Shown: positions 16,889-26,198 of the stretch, in pieces
How positions within the stretch are numbered: the first letter of the stretch is position 1
How the letters are laid out: every line of letters starts with the position of its first letter
Assembly (NCBI GenBank): GCA_964363475.1
Contig: CAYIII010000002.1
Coordinates: 6,661 to 70,660 of the forward strand
Direction of reading: 5' to 3'
Length of the DNA: 64,000 bases
DNA from: an uncultured Candidatus Saccharibacteria bacterium
Lineage (GTDB): Bacteria; Patescibacteriota; Minisyncoccia; UBA6257; UBA11618
Translations under genes and position numbers: made by a program
The notes under the pieces: generated by a model
Seen by the model: the letters and a program-made list of their open reading frames with translations, nothing else
What the model was told of the DNA's origin: nothing
The model's database searches: none

Positions 16889-18283
16889 TTATTTTAAAAG
16901 GTCTTCAAATAATTCTTTTAGTATTTGCGGATTTGCCTTGCCTTTTAATTCTGACATTGCCTTGCCGATTAAAAACTGAAGCGAATTCTTTTTGCCGCTA
17001 CGGTAGTCCGACATCGCATTCGGATTTTCTTTAATAATTTTTTCCGCTAATTTTTTTAAATGTTCGGAATCCGAGACCTGTTGCCATTTTTTTTCTTTTA
17101 TAATTTCATGAGGGTCCAGCCCGGTTTTAAACATTTCCAATAATAAGTCCTTGGCAATGCGGCTGGAAATGTCCTTAGAAGCCAGTAAGCCAATCAAATG
17201 GGCTAAATTCACCGGAGGGATTTTTATATCGCCAATTAAGACCTCATTTTTCTTCATTAATCCCCACAAATCAGACGTCAGATAATTATAGAGCGACAGC
17301 AACTCATTTTTATTTTCCAGTTCAGAAACCGCTTCTTCAAAATAATTTGAAGAAAATCGGTCTTGTATCAAAACATCGGCTTGTTCGGCAGATAATTTAT
17401 ATTCTTCAATAAACCTATTTTTTTTAGGCAACGGCAATTCCGGTATCCCTAATTTTATTTGTTCTAAACTAAAAGCATCAGCCGTCAGAGGGGGCAGGTC
17501 TGGTTCGGAAAAATAGCGGTAATCGTGGGCCTCTTCCTTGCTTCGTTGCGATACCGTGGCTTGTTTACTTTCGTTCCACCCTCGGGTTTCTTGAGAAATT
17601 TTTTTATTTTTCGCCAATAAATCTTTTTGCCTTTTATATTCGTAATTAATAGCTCCCTCCAGCGATTTAAAAGAGTTAATATTTTTTACTTCCACTTTAA
17701 CGCCCATCGCGATAGAGATATTCGCTTCTAGTCGCATTTGCCCTTTTTCCATATCGGCGTCTGATACTTCCAGATATCGGAGAATGAGTTGCAGTTGTTT
17801 GGCAAATTCCACTGCTTGCGAGGCGCTGGTTATATCTGGCTCTGTGACCAACTCCATTAAAGGAACTCCGGAACGGTTATAATCAACCAAGCTAGCCCCC
17901 TTAATGTGAATGAGAGTGCCCGTGTCTTCTTCTAAATGTATTCTTCTTATGCGCGCGTTAAGCAACTCCCCCCCTTCCACTAACGGTTCATCATATTGTG
18001 AAATTTGATAACCTTTCGGCAGGTCCGGATAGAAATAATTCTTGCGGTCAAATTTTGTTTTGCCGTTTGGAATAATTTTTCCCCCCAAAGCCAAGCCAAC
18101 TTTCAACACGCTTTCTATGGCTTTTTTATTTAAGGTAGGCAGTGTTCCGGGATGACCGGCGCAAATGGGGCAGATATTAACATTAGGATGATGCTCGTCG
18201 GGGTCATTAAGGCAATCGCAAAACATTTTTGTTTTGGTCTTAAGTTCGGCGTGAACTTCTAAGCCAATGGTTAAGTCGTTCAT
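16889..18283 (-). CDS. gatB: Asp/Glu-tRNA amidotransferase subunit B
   Basis: IGLEVHAELKTKTKMFC, DRKNYFYPDLPKGYQISQY, RSKEEAHDYRYF; ATG 18283 preferred. Confidence 0.97.
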   Translation of the reverse strand: MNDLTIGLEVHAELKTKTKMFCDCLNDPDEHHPNVNICPICAGHPGTLPTLNKKAIESVLKVGLALGGKIIPNGKTKFDRKNYFYPDLPKGYQISQYDEPLVEGGELLNARIRRIHLEEDTGTLIHIKGASLVDYNRSGVPLMELVTEPDITSASQAVEFAKQLQLILRYLEVSDADMEKGQMRLEANISIAMGVKVEVKNINSFKSLEGAINYEYKRQKDLLAKNKKISQETRGWNESKQATVSQRSKEEAHDYRYFSEPDLPPLTADAFSLEQIKLGIPELPLPKKNRFIEEYKLSAEQADVLIQDRFSSNYFEEAVSELENKNELLSLYNYLTSDLWGLMKKNEVLIGDIKIPPVNLAHLIGLLASKDISSRIAKDLLLEMFKTGLDPHEIIKEKKWQQVSDSEHLKKLAEKIIKENPNAMSDYRSGKKNSLQFLIGKAMSELKGKANPQILKELFEDLLK

Positions 18284-18369
18284 ATTATATATTTCAATTA
18301 TATTGAGCTTATCCAAATATTACTATACTATTCTGAAAGCCGTAACTTTGACAAAAAGGAGCTTATTGT

Positions 18370-19518
18370 ATGAGCCGGCTTAAATATTTCTCACCCCACT
18401 ACAGGTCTTATTATCCCGGAACCAGATTGGAATGGGGCTGTGATTCTTTAGTCAGGGATACCCACGATAATACTTATATTGACGCCACGAGCGGATGGGG
18501 TGTTTTGGCCCTTGGGCACAATTTCCCGAAAATTCAAGAAGCGGCTACCGACCAAATAGAAAATTTAACCCATACTTGCGGTTGTAATTTTGACCATAGG
18601 CCACAAAATGTCTTGGCTAAAGAGATAATGAAAAAAATGCCGAAGGGGCATGATTGGGAATTATTTTTTACAAATAGCGGCGCTGAATCGGTTGAGGGAG
18701 CGATGAAATTAACCAGATATCATACAAAGAAATCATGTTTTATCGCATTTCAAGGCGGCTTTCATGGAAGAACTTTTGGCGCAATGAGTTTGGGCTCGGC
18801 ATTTCCCAGATTAAGAGAAGGATTTGAACCTATTTTGTTTGGAGTAGAAATACTGCCGTACAATAATCAAGATGAAATTTTAAAGAGATGGCCAAATATC
18901 GCGGCTGTTTTTGTGGAGCCGGTGCAGGGAGTCGGCGGTTGCAAGGTTGCGAGTAAAGAATTTATGAAGGCCATCAGAAATTTTTGCGACAGAAGCGGTG
19001 CCTTAATGGTTGTTGATGAGATTCAATGCGGGATTGGGCGCACGGGAAAGTTTTGGGCGTTTGAACATTCCGCGGTTGTTCCCGATATTGTTTGTTCGGC
19101 CAAAGCCCTTGGCGGCGGCTTTCCTCTGGGAGCCGTTATCGCAAAAAAAGAAATTATGACTTGGCCTCCGGGCTCTCATGGGAGTACTTTTGGCGGCCAT
19201 CCCGTGGCTTGCATGGCTGGCGTGGTTGTATTGAAAACAATTAACAAAATTTTTTTGGAAAAAGTTAAGGCAAAAAGCTGTCTTCTTAGGAAAGGATTAG
19301 AGAATATTCCCAACTGTAAAGTTAACGGTTTGGGTCTTATGTTGGCTGTTGATGTTTTTGATTCATCCAGAAGAGACGAAGTTATGAGAGAATGCGGGGA
19401 AAATGGTTTATTGGTTTTGCCGGCAGAGCCAAGCGCTATTAGATTGTTGCCACCGCTTAATTGTAAAAATAAAGTATTAAAAGAAATAATTAGTATTTTG
19501 AGAAGCGCTATTAATTAA
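18370..19518 (+). CDS. Class III PLP aminotransferase (ArgD/GabT-like)
   Basis: NSGAESVE, FHGRTFG, EPVQGVGG, DEIQCGIGRTG, AKALGGG; SD AAGGAG. Confidence 0.9.
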   Translation: MSRLKYFSPHYRSYYPGTRLEWGCDSLVRDTHDNTYIDATSGWGVLALGHNFPKIQEAATDQIENLTHTCGCNFDHRPQNVLAKEIMKKMPKGHDWELFFTNSGAESVEGAMKLTRYHTKKSCFIAFQGGFHGRTFGAMSLGSAFPRLREGFEPILFGVEILPYNNQDEILKRWPNIAAVFVEPVQGVGGCKVASKEFMKAIRNFCDRSGALMVVDEIQCGIGRTGKFWAFEHSAVVPDIVCSAKALGGGFPLGAVIAKKEIMTWPPGSHGSTFGGHPVACMAGVVVLKTINKIFLEKVKAKSCLLRKGLENIPNCKVNGLGLMLAVDVFDSSRRDEVMRECGENGLLVLPAEPSAIRLLPPLNCKNKVLKEIISILRSAIN

Positions 19519-19539
19519 AACCCTAAATAAGGGTTTTTT
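19517..19539. terminator. Bidirectional terminator between convergent genes
   Basis: aaaaccct-aaata-agggtttttt. Confidence 0.7.
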
Positions 19540-19540
19540 A

Positions 19541-20002
19541 TTACAAGAGGCGTCTAAATAAATCTTCGGGCGTTCCAACAACTTCATGAATTAATTTATG
19601 AGCGGACGGTTCTTCGTACAAATCATGAGGGTAATGTCCCATAAGAGTTCTGCCGTCCAAAGAATAACAAAGTTTTCCCGCCATGGCGGCGGCAAAAAGT
19701 TCTCCCGTGGTATTTACTCCCAAATATCCGTCTTTATTAAAGATAAAACAAACATCCGCCACTCGTACTTTGCGAAACAGGTGGTCATAAACTTTACCGG
19801 CAATTACCTCCCGATAATGAGAGTCCCGCAAACGATCTTTTTCGTGCGCGTGCTTATCAAATTTTTCTTCTATTTCGCTAAAATTTGGTTCTAAGATAAC
19901 CAAATGATGTCCCTCGTTATTAGATATTTTTTTTAAATCATCAATAAACTTTTTTAATTCCGGTCCGAATCTTTGGCTGGAACAAAAAACCACGCTCTTC
20001 AT
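19541..20002 (-). CDS. Nucleoside 2-deoxyribosyltransferase-like (NDT fold) protein
   Basis: VVFCSSQRF...KVRVADVCFIFNKDGYLGVNTTGELFAA, resembling the NDT-like D...GxxTxxE motif. Confidence 0.6.
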   Translation of the reverse strand: MKSVVFCSSQRFGPELKKFIDDLKKISNNEGHHLVILEPNFSEIEEKFDKHAHEKDRLRDSHYREVIAGKVYDHLFRKVRVADVCFIFNKDGYLGVNTTGELFAAAMAGKLCYSLDGRTLMGHYPHDLYEEPSAHKLIHEVVGTPEDLFRRLL

Positions 20003-20065
20003 TAAATTAAGAATATCTAATTTTTATTTTTACAGCAACTATTTAATAGAAAATATTTAGTTAAT

Positions 20066-20090
20066 AAAAAACCCTCACTATTTGAGAGTT
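20066..20090 (-). terminator. Terminator overlapping NUDIX stop codon
   Basis: Minus strand AACTCTCA-AATAG-TGAGGGTT-TTTT. Confidence 0.6.
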
Positions 20091-20521
20091 ATGTCTAGGG
20101 AAAGTTCTGGAATTATATAAGTAAACCAAGCTGGGTCAACCTCTCCCTTACTAATGTAGTAAGCTATTACTGACGCAGACAGAAATTCAACGAATCTATG
20201 TTTCGTAGGTTCCATTAATTTGGGCTTTCCTTCGTACTTGGAAACATTATAAACAAACCATTCATGGCCATCATATCCTGGCGGCCGCGCGCATGGGTTG
20301 GGAAAAACTTTGTTTAAAACTAGTTCGCACCTTACTACTTTTAGTCCAGATTCTTCCATAACTTCTCTTATCAATGCGTCTTTGGGGGTCTTATCCGTTG
20401 AATCAATGTGTCCAGCTATAAAAGCTAATCCTGTTGGGTGTTTAAGGCGATATAGGCAAAGATATTCGCTTTTTTCATTTTTAATAATCGCTCCCACGCT
20501 TTTTCCCGGGCAAAGGTTCAT
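20078..20521 (-). CDS. NUDIX hydrolase
   Basis: AGHID....PKDALIREVMEESGL Nudix box; SD GAAAGGAG. Confidence 0.88.
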   Translation of the reverse strand: MNLCPGKSVGAIIKNEKSEYLCLYRLKHPTGLAFIAGHIDSTDKTPKDALIREVMEESGLKVVRCELVLNKVFPNPCARPPGYDGHEWFVYNVSKYEGKPKLMEPTKHRFVEFLSASVIAYYISKGEVDPAWFTYIIPELSLDITLK

Positions 20522-20533
20522 ATATCTCCTTTC

Positions 20534-20959
20534 TTAGACCAGTCGTTTCACTAGTTCTTCGGGTGTGTCTAAAATTTCCGTGAAAAGAATATCACGGCAA
20601 ACTTCTCCCCCGCTCTCAATGGCTCTTTCCGGTTCCAACGCGTAAATAACCATGTTCTTGCCATGAGCAAAGCCAATCTCTAGGGTCGTATTAATGCCAA
20701 GATATCCGTTTTTATTAAAAATAAAACACACATCCGCTTTTCTTAATCTGTCAAAGTGCTCATGCACCAATCCGGGGATTCTGTCTCTATAGGACTTGGA
20801 CTTAAGCCGTTCCTTTTCCTTTTTATGAATCATTTTTTGGCGATGGCGCTGAAAGTTTGGCTCAAATACCACCGAAACCCCTAAGCCCTTTAATCTATTA
20901 GAAAAGGCCTTTATCTCATCTTTATATCGTTGAGAGCCACAGATACATACTGTTTTCAT
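20534..20959 (-). CDS. Nucleoside 2-deoxyribosyltransferase-like (NDT fold) protein, paralog of 19541-20002
   Basis: VCICGSQRY...RLRKADVCFIFNKNGYLGINTTLEIGFA; clear similarity to the 153-aa ORF. Confidence 0.6.
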   Translation of the reverse strand: MKTVCICGSQRYKDEIKAFSNRLKGLGVSVVFEPNFQRHRQKMIHKKEKERLKSKSYRDRIPGLVHEHFDRLRKADVCFIFNKNGYLGINTTLEIGFAHGKNMVIYALEPERAIESGGEVCRDILFTEILDTPEELVKRLV

Positions 20960-21002
20960 ATGTATACTTGAATCATATTACGGGGTTAGGAATGCGCAAG
21001 TA

Positions 21003-21031
21003 TTGACAATTTATAGATAATTTGTTACAAT
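21003..21031 (+). promoter_or_regulatory. Sigma70 promoter giving a near-leaderless transcript
   Basis: TTGACA-17 nt-TACAAT, ATG 8 nt after the -10. Confidence 0.7.
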
Positions 21032-21039
21032 GTGGGGCA

Positions 21040-21840
21040 ATGAATTCTGTCAAAAATGCCGTCATTTTAAGTATAATTTTGATAGTTTTAGCGTCGGCTT
21101 TTTATGCTGGCGAGGCGCGCGCCGAATATGCGGGTATTTGTAGCGGTGAAAAAATTATTGATTCTCAAAGCAATATAAAAATTCCTTTTGGGGCATCTGT
21201 GCATCGTAGGGTTATCAGAGGACGTGACATAACGGTTTTGTGTCCCCCTCGTATTTCCGCGATAAAAATAAATAATGCTCCGGTTTGGTTTCAATTGCCG
21301 ACGCAATCCGCTTTTGCCGGAGGCGGCCTTCAGTTCGTTGTTTCGGCTGCCGATATGGAGCATGATAATTTAACTTACAGAGCGTTGAATCTTCCTAACG
21401 GAGCATTGTTTGATGGGAGTTCAAGAACTTTTACATGGATTCCTACAAATGAACAATTCGGCGTTTATAAAATTATTTTTAGGGCATCAGATGGATTCAA
21501 TTTTTCCGATATGACTGTGGAGATAGATATTTATCCTTACGCCTTTTCTGTTTATCCGATTCCAACTAAATTAAATTTTTTTAATATTAATCCCCCGTTA
21601 ATGGTTAATGAGAAGGAATTGTATATAACCACTCTTCAGGTAAATGGCGGCAATAATTTGTACTACCGAATTATCAACGGCCCAAGGGGCCTAAAAATTG
21701 ATAATAATTTTGGCGTGGTTTATTGGGTTCCTGATATTAATCAGGGAAGACAAGAGCCCTATTTGGTTTCTATCGGGGTTACTAACGGAAAAATTGAAGT
21801 GTCAAAAAGTTTTTATATAACTGTTTATGAAAAAATATAA
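21040..21840 (+). CDS. Secreted protein with putative Ig/cadherin-like domains
   Basis: Signal peptide; NNAPVW...LPNGALFD..RTFTWIP and GPRGLKID..FGVVYWVP repeats. Confidence 0.75.
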   Translation: MNSVKNAVILSIILIVLASAFYAGEARAEYAGICSGEKIIDSQSNIKIPFGASVHRRVIRGRDITVLCPPRISAIKINNAPVWFQLPTQSAFAGGGLQFVVSAADMEHDNLTYRALNLPNGALFDGSSRTFTWIPTNEQFGVYKIIFRASDGFNFSDMTVEIDIYPYAFSVYPIPTKLNFFNINPPLMVNEKELYITTLQVNGGNNLYYRIINGPRGLKIDNNFGVVYWVPDINQGRQEPYLVSIGVTNGKIEVSKSFYITVYEKI

Positions 21841-23530
21841 TATAAATTATTTAATTTTTGCGGCTGGATTATTGATGGCTTTTACGGCTCCTGCCGTTTA
21901 TGCCGCCCCTAACGACGTAACAAAAGTGACCACAGACCCCGCTACGAGCCATGTTGATGGCGGTGGCTCATTGATGCTGGATACTAAAACTGGCCTGCTT
22001 ACCGTTGGCAGACAAACCGACCGCAACGCTCCCAGCGTTGATATGCATTTTGTTATTACTTTAGAATCAGGACAAAATTTGCTTCACGTGGCGAATATGA
22101 AGGGAGCGGGAGCCAGTAATCAATTGCCCGGCGGTTGGGGTAATGTCCAAAGCGCTTCTTTTTCTCTCACAAGAGACGTGCCTCGTTATCCCACCAGTCA
22201 TTGCGGTTATAAAACTTCTCCCAGCAATAATTTATATTACAAAGAAGAGGGCTTGCAATACGGATTTCATTGGAGCGATGGTTCTAAAGACAGATGCGGA
22301 CCGATTAGAGTAATTAATGCGGTATGGTTTATAAGTAATGCATTACCAACACCTGCGCCTATACCAACACCTCCGCCAGCGCCTACTCCCCCACCTCCTT
22401 CTCCGATACCCACACCAGTAATTCCTCCACAAATTATTTACCAAGCACCTATTTATCAACCGCCAATTTATCAGCCACCGATTTATCAAACACCTATTTA
22501 TTATCAGTTGCCGGCGTTTTATTATTCGCAAATTTATAACCAGCCGCCTGTCTGGATTCCCGTCCCAAATCAAACAGTTAATGTGGGCAGAGTATTACAA
22601 TTTACAGTATTAGCCGTTGACCCTAATAATGACTATGTAAATTACAGAGTCGGCACTATGCCGGTTGGCGCCTCTTTTAATAGCGACACCAGAACATTTA
22701 TGTGGGTGCCGAGCAGTAATCAATCAGGAATTCATACCGTGATTTTTATTGCCTCTGACCCGTATAACAGCGTTGATATGAGCGTTTATATTCGCGTTGG
22801 CGAAGACGACGCTAAATTAGGATGTTTTGCTCCGTCATTCACTAACGATACTATTCCCGTATCTGCCAAAGAAGGCCAATTATATACCGCAACTATTTTA
22901 GCCAATGGCGGTGGCATCACTTATAAAATAATTAACGGTCCTCAAGGACTAACCATTAATCCTAACTTCGGAGTTATTGTTTGGGCGCCTAATTTTTCTC
23001 AAGGGAAATCAGAATCATATCCGGTGACCGTCAGCGCCGTTAATTGCCAGGGAGAAGTTACTAAAACATTCAATATTACCGTTCAAGATGTTAATGGTGT
23101 TTATACTCCCCCGGTCGTGTCCGCCTGTGCTGGCGAGAAATTATCAATTTATAATATTAAGGTTAGCAATTGGCAAAACAATGTCGCGATTTCTTGGAAC
23201 ACTAACAAACCGGCAACTTCTGGATTGATGTATGATACGGTCTCAAAAGCCGATTTAACCAAAGAATTTAATTATTCTAATTCTTCTCCAATTAACTACA
23301 ACTTGACTACTGACCATAAAATTATTTTGCCTTTATCACAAGCTAACGAGACCTATTATTTCAGAGTGTCTTCTAAAACTGATTGCGATGCGTTAGTTAT
23401 AAGCAGTGAAAGAATTTTTGCGCCTTTATATTATTATGGTTGGATAGGGTGGTGTTTAAGTGTATTATTGTTTTTGGCGTTATTAACGCTTATGACGATA
23501 ATAGTGGCGCTAATAATTAAAAAAAGATAA
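21827..23530 (+). CDS. Membrane-anchored surface protein: Pro-rich linker, Ig/cadherin-like domains, FN3-like domain, C-terminal TM
   Basis: Signal peptide, PT/PP linker, PPIYQ repeats, NQPPVW...RTFMWVP, ISWNTNKPATS...TYYFRVSS, TM + KKR tail. Confidence 0.8.
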   Translation: MKKYNINYLIFAAGLLMAFTAPAVYAAPNDVTKVTTDPATSHVDGGGSLMLDTKTGLLTVGRQTDRNAPSVDMHFVITLESGQNLLHVANMKGAGASNQLPGGWGNVQSASFSLTRDVPRYPTSHCGYKTSPSNNLYYKEEGLQYGFHWSDGSKDRCGPIRVINAVWFISNALPTPAPIPTPPPAPTPPPPSPIPTPVIPPQIIYQAPIYQPPIYQPPIYQTPIYYQLPAFYYSQIYNQPPVWIPVPNQTVNVGRVLQFTVLAVDPNNDYVNYRVGTMPVGASFNSDTRTFMWVPSSNQSGIHTVIFIASDPYNSVDMSVYIRVGEDDAKLGCFAPSFTNDTIPVSAKEGQLYTATILANGGGITYKIINGPQGLTINPNFGVIVWAPNFSQGKSESYPVTVSAVNCQGEVTKTFNITVQDVNGVYTPPVVSACAGEKLSIYNIKVSNWQNNVAISWNTNKPATSGLMYDTVSKADLTKEFNYSNSSPINYNLTTDHKIILPLSQANETYYFRVSSKTDCDALVISSERIFAPLYYYGWIGWCLSVLLFLALLTLMTIIVALIIKKR

Positions 23531-23561
23531 AAAAACACCCGAACTTCAATTCGGGTGTTTT
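23531..23561. terminator. Bidirectional terminator
   Basis: aaaacacccgaa-cttcaa-ttcgggtgtttt. Confidence 0.8.
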
Positions 23562-23568
23562 AGAAATT

Positions 23569-24777
23569 CTACCTTTGTGGCTCTTGCGCTGCGGCTCTTG
23601 TTAATCGGCCCCATGCTCCGCAAGGCACATTATGCAATGCATCTCCTAAAGCTCCTGCGGCTGGTCCTTTGCCCTCCTTTCTTGAATCTTGGAATTCACA
23701 TACCGCTTTACTTGTTAAATTACCATAATATCCAGTTGCTCCCGTTTCAGCTAACAATCTAGCAATAGGACCAGTACCCCATTTAATTAATAGTTTTTGT
23801 AATTTTTTAACATCATTGCCTTTATCTCCCTTTGATAAGCCAGGCGGTGGTAAATCATCAGAAGACGCGGCGATATTACTTGATATTGATAAGCTGGCCA
23901 ATTGTTTTTGCGCTTCCGGAGAAATAGTTTTTCCGGATTTAACTGAATCTTGTAGTAACGCCAATACTTGAGCGATAAGTCCCGTTAATTGCTGTTTTAC
24001 AGATGCAATTAAAGCGATTCTATTTGAAGAGTCAGCGCCAACTGATGTAGTTGCTTGAGTAGGCGGGATTCCCTTTCCGGGTTTACCCAACACAGTAAAG
24101 TAACTGGTTTTACTGGTCGTAACATTTACTCTTACAACGCCATCTACTGACACCTTGGTTGGTAACGGTTCCCAATTACTATTTGCGCTATCCCAACGAT
24201 AACCTATTAACGAACTAACGTCCTTATTTTTTACTTGCTCTGAAGCATATTCAAATTTAATTTCAATTGTACCGGACAAAACCACGTTGTTTCCCGTAGA
24301 ATCTGATATTTTTACGCTTAATAAATTATCATTTACAGCAGATAAGTTAGATGGCAAGGACCCAACTAATCCATTAACCGATGAAGATCCGTGACTTACC
24401 GCGTTTAATTTAACAACCGCAGTACTAGGAACTCTTTCTGCTGGAACAGTGACGGCCATAACAGTGCCATCATTTGGTTTTACCCCTTCACTAAAACCCA
24501 ACGCTTTACTCACATTAAAAGAAACTTCGTTTTTTATTACTCCTGCATAAGTACCAGATACAGAAACACTGCCTCCGCCTCCACCGCCACCACCACCACC
24601 GCTCCCACCATGAGAAGAACCAAAAGCTACCCTATAAGAAAGAGGCACTCCTGAATTATTAAATAATACCGACGCGACTATAAAAATTACAAAAACAAAA
24701 ATACCAATCGCTGACTTTAAGGACTGGTTTCCCTTTTCGCTTTTTAATAAACTTAAAAAATCTTTGACCATATTCAT
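23569..24777 (-). CDS. Surface protein with Gly-rich linker and C-terminal peptidoglycan-binding domain
   Basis: N-terminal TM, poly-Gly run, LSKGDKGNDVKKLQKLL...TGYYGNLTSKAVCEFQ (PG_binding_1-like). Confidence 0.78.
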   Translation of the reverse strand: MNMVKDFLSLLKSEKGNQSLKSAIGIFVFVIFIVASVLFNNSGVPLSYRVAFGSSHGGSGGGGGGGGGGSVSVSGTYAGVIKNEVSFNVSKALGFSEGVKPNDGTVMAVTVPAERVPSTAVVKLNAVSHGSSSVNGLVGSLPSNLSAVNDNLLSVKISDSTGNNVVLSGTIEIKFEYASEQVKNKDVSSLIGYRWDSANSNWEPLPTKVSVDGVVRVNVTTSKTSYFTVLGKPGKGIPPTQATTSVGADSSNRIALIASVKQQLTGLIAQVLALLQDSVKSGKTISPEAQKQLASLSISSNIAASSDDLPPPGLSKGDKGNDVKKLQKLLIKWGTGPIARLLAETGATGYYGNLTSKAVCEFQDSRKEGKGPAAGALGDALHNVPCGAWGRLTRAAAQEPQR

Positions 24778-24797
24778 TAATTTTCTCCTTGTTTATT

Positions 24798-26198
24798 TTA
24801 GTTGTCAATATCATTATTGGGGATAACTTCTCCTCTCCAAAAATGTTCGCTAATTTTCTTAAAAAATCCTAGTTGTTTCAAGTCCAACTCCGGTCCTCTT
24901 CTTCCCATATAAATGTATACCTCTTTATTAGAAATTTCTTCTAAATTTACAATGGGATGACCTCCGTATCCCTTTAAAACATGAATATATCTTGTGTCAC
25001 TGCTTGCAACGGGAATACCATTCTCTGTTTTAGAGAATAATTTTATTTCTTCCAGCTCTTTATTATTGATTATTGGCTCCATAACCCAACTTTGATAAGC
25101 AATGTTACCTATTAAAACCACTAAAATAATTGTAAAAATTATCCTCATTAGCTTATTTGTCCAAAATATCTGCAGGAAATTAAGCAAAACTTCTCCGGCC
25201 AGAATAATAAATATGATGTCTAAAAGAATTATGAATCGGTTATGAAATATAAAATTAAGATATACAAAAGAAAAATTCACTAACGCGTAATAAAACAGAA
25301 AAGTAAATTTTTTATTGTAAACCAATCTTATAAATCCCAATATGGCGAATGGAAGATAAATCAGGGCTAAAAAGTTTTGATAAAAATCCAGTTGCACAAA
25401 ATTACCGGCTAATATTTCTGATATGCCTCTCGCGTAATCCCCTCTTAAATACTTTTCCGCGTAATAAACATAACCCCAAAATTTATCCCAGTTAATAAAA
25501 AATGATGATACTAAAACAGAAAAGAAACTAACTAACAAAAAAAATCTATTCTTTTCAAAAATAGAAAATAATAAAATTGTTAATAAAAACGGCAATAGCG
25601 TTAGCGGATGAAAGAATCCGATTAAGATTGCGATAGGAATTAATTGCCACGACTTTTTTTGTATTAAATTGGCGGCAAAAAGCGTAAGCGCTATCGCCGC
25701 CGTCATTTTTGCATAGAAAACCCAATAAACCAAGAATTGGGAAATTGATAGGGAAAAAATTAATAAACTGAAAAACGCCGCTTTCTCATTAAAATATTTT
25801 TTGGTGACTTCATAAATACCGAATCCCGCCAACAGATTAAGCAGAATATGTATTGTATAAATTACCGGTATTGAAACGTACGGTCTGAAATTTTCTATAT
25901 AGACACCGGCGTCGGCCGCCAGCGGAAATTCCCCCCAGCGAAAAAAAGGAATCAATCTTGATAACACTAATATTGAAAAAGGCAGCCAGAGCCAACTTTT
26001 ATTAATTTTTATTTCGCATTCTTTATAATTTAATCCCACCAGCCAATAGAGAAGCAGGGAAAATGTCCAAAAAATTAGTTTGGATGGCCAATTTAGAAGC
26101 GCAGGAGTTGAAAACCAGATGAGTAAAATATATCCTAAGAGAAAAATATGAGGAAAAAATTTTTGGTAACCGGAGGCGCTGGTTTCATTGGTTCTCAT
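24798..26198 (-). CDS. Polytopic membrane protein, possible GT-C glycosyltransferase
   Basis: Many TM segments; PLAADAGVY loop after early TMs; start uncertain (overlaps divergent gene). Confidence 0.6.
   Translation of the reverse strand: MRTNETSASGYQKFFPHIFLLGYILLIWFSTPALLNWPSKLIFWTFSLLLYWLVGLNYKECEIKINKSWLWLPFSILVLSRLIPFFRWGEFPLAADAGVYIENFRPYVSIPVIYTIHILLNLLAGFGIYEVTKKYFNEKAAFFSLLIFSLSISQFLVYWVFYAKMTAAIALTLFAANLIQKKSWQLIPIAILIGFFHPLTLLPFLLTILLFSIFEKNRFFLLVSFFSVLVSSFFINWDKFWGYVYYAEKYLRGDYARGISEILAGNFVQLDFYQNFLALIYLPFAILGFIRLVYNKKFTFLFYYALVNFSFVYLNFIFHNRFIILLDIIFIILAGEVLLNFLQIFWTNKLMRIIFTIILVVLIGNIAYQSWVMEPIINNKELEEIKLFSKTENGIPVASSDTRYIHVLKGYGGHPIVNLEEISNKEVYIYMGRRGPELDLKQLGFFKKISEHFWRGEVIPNNDIDN

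Noticed and set aside
24571-24610. GC-rich ccaccg tract as a DNA repeat element
   Set aside because: It simply encodes the poly-Gly linker of the PG-binding protein.
6634-24812. TTGACA within the boxA-like motifs read as -35 boxes (6638-6643, 18348-18353, 24803-24808)
   Set aside because: No -10 hexamer lies 16-18 nt downstream (that position falls on the SD or start codon region), and separate promoters exist upstream for the first two.
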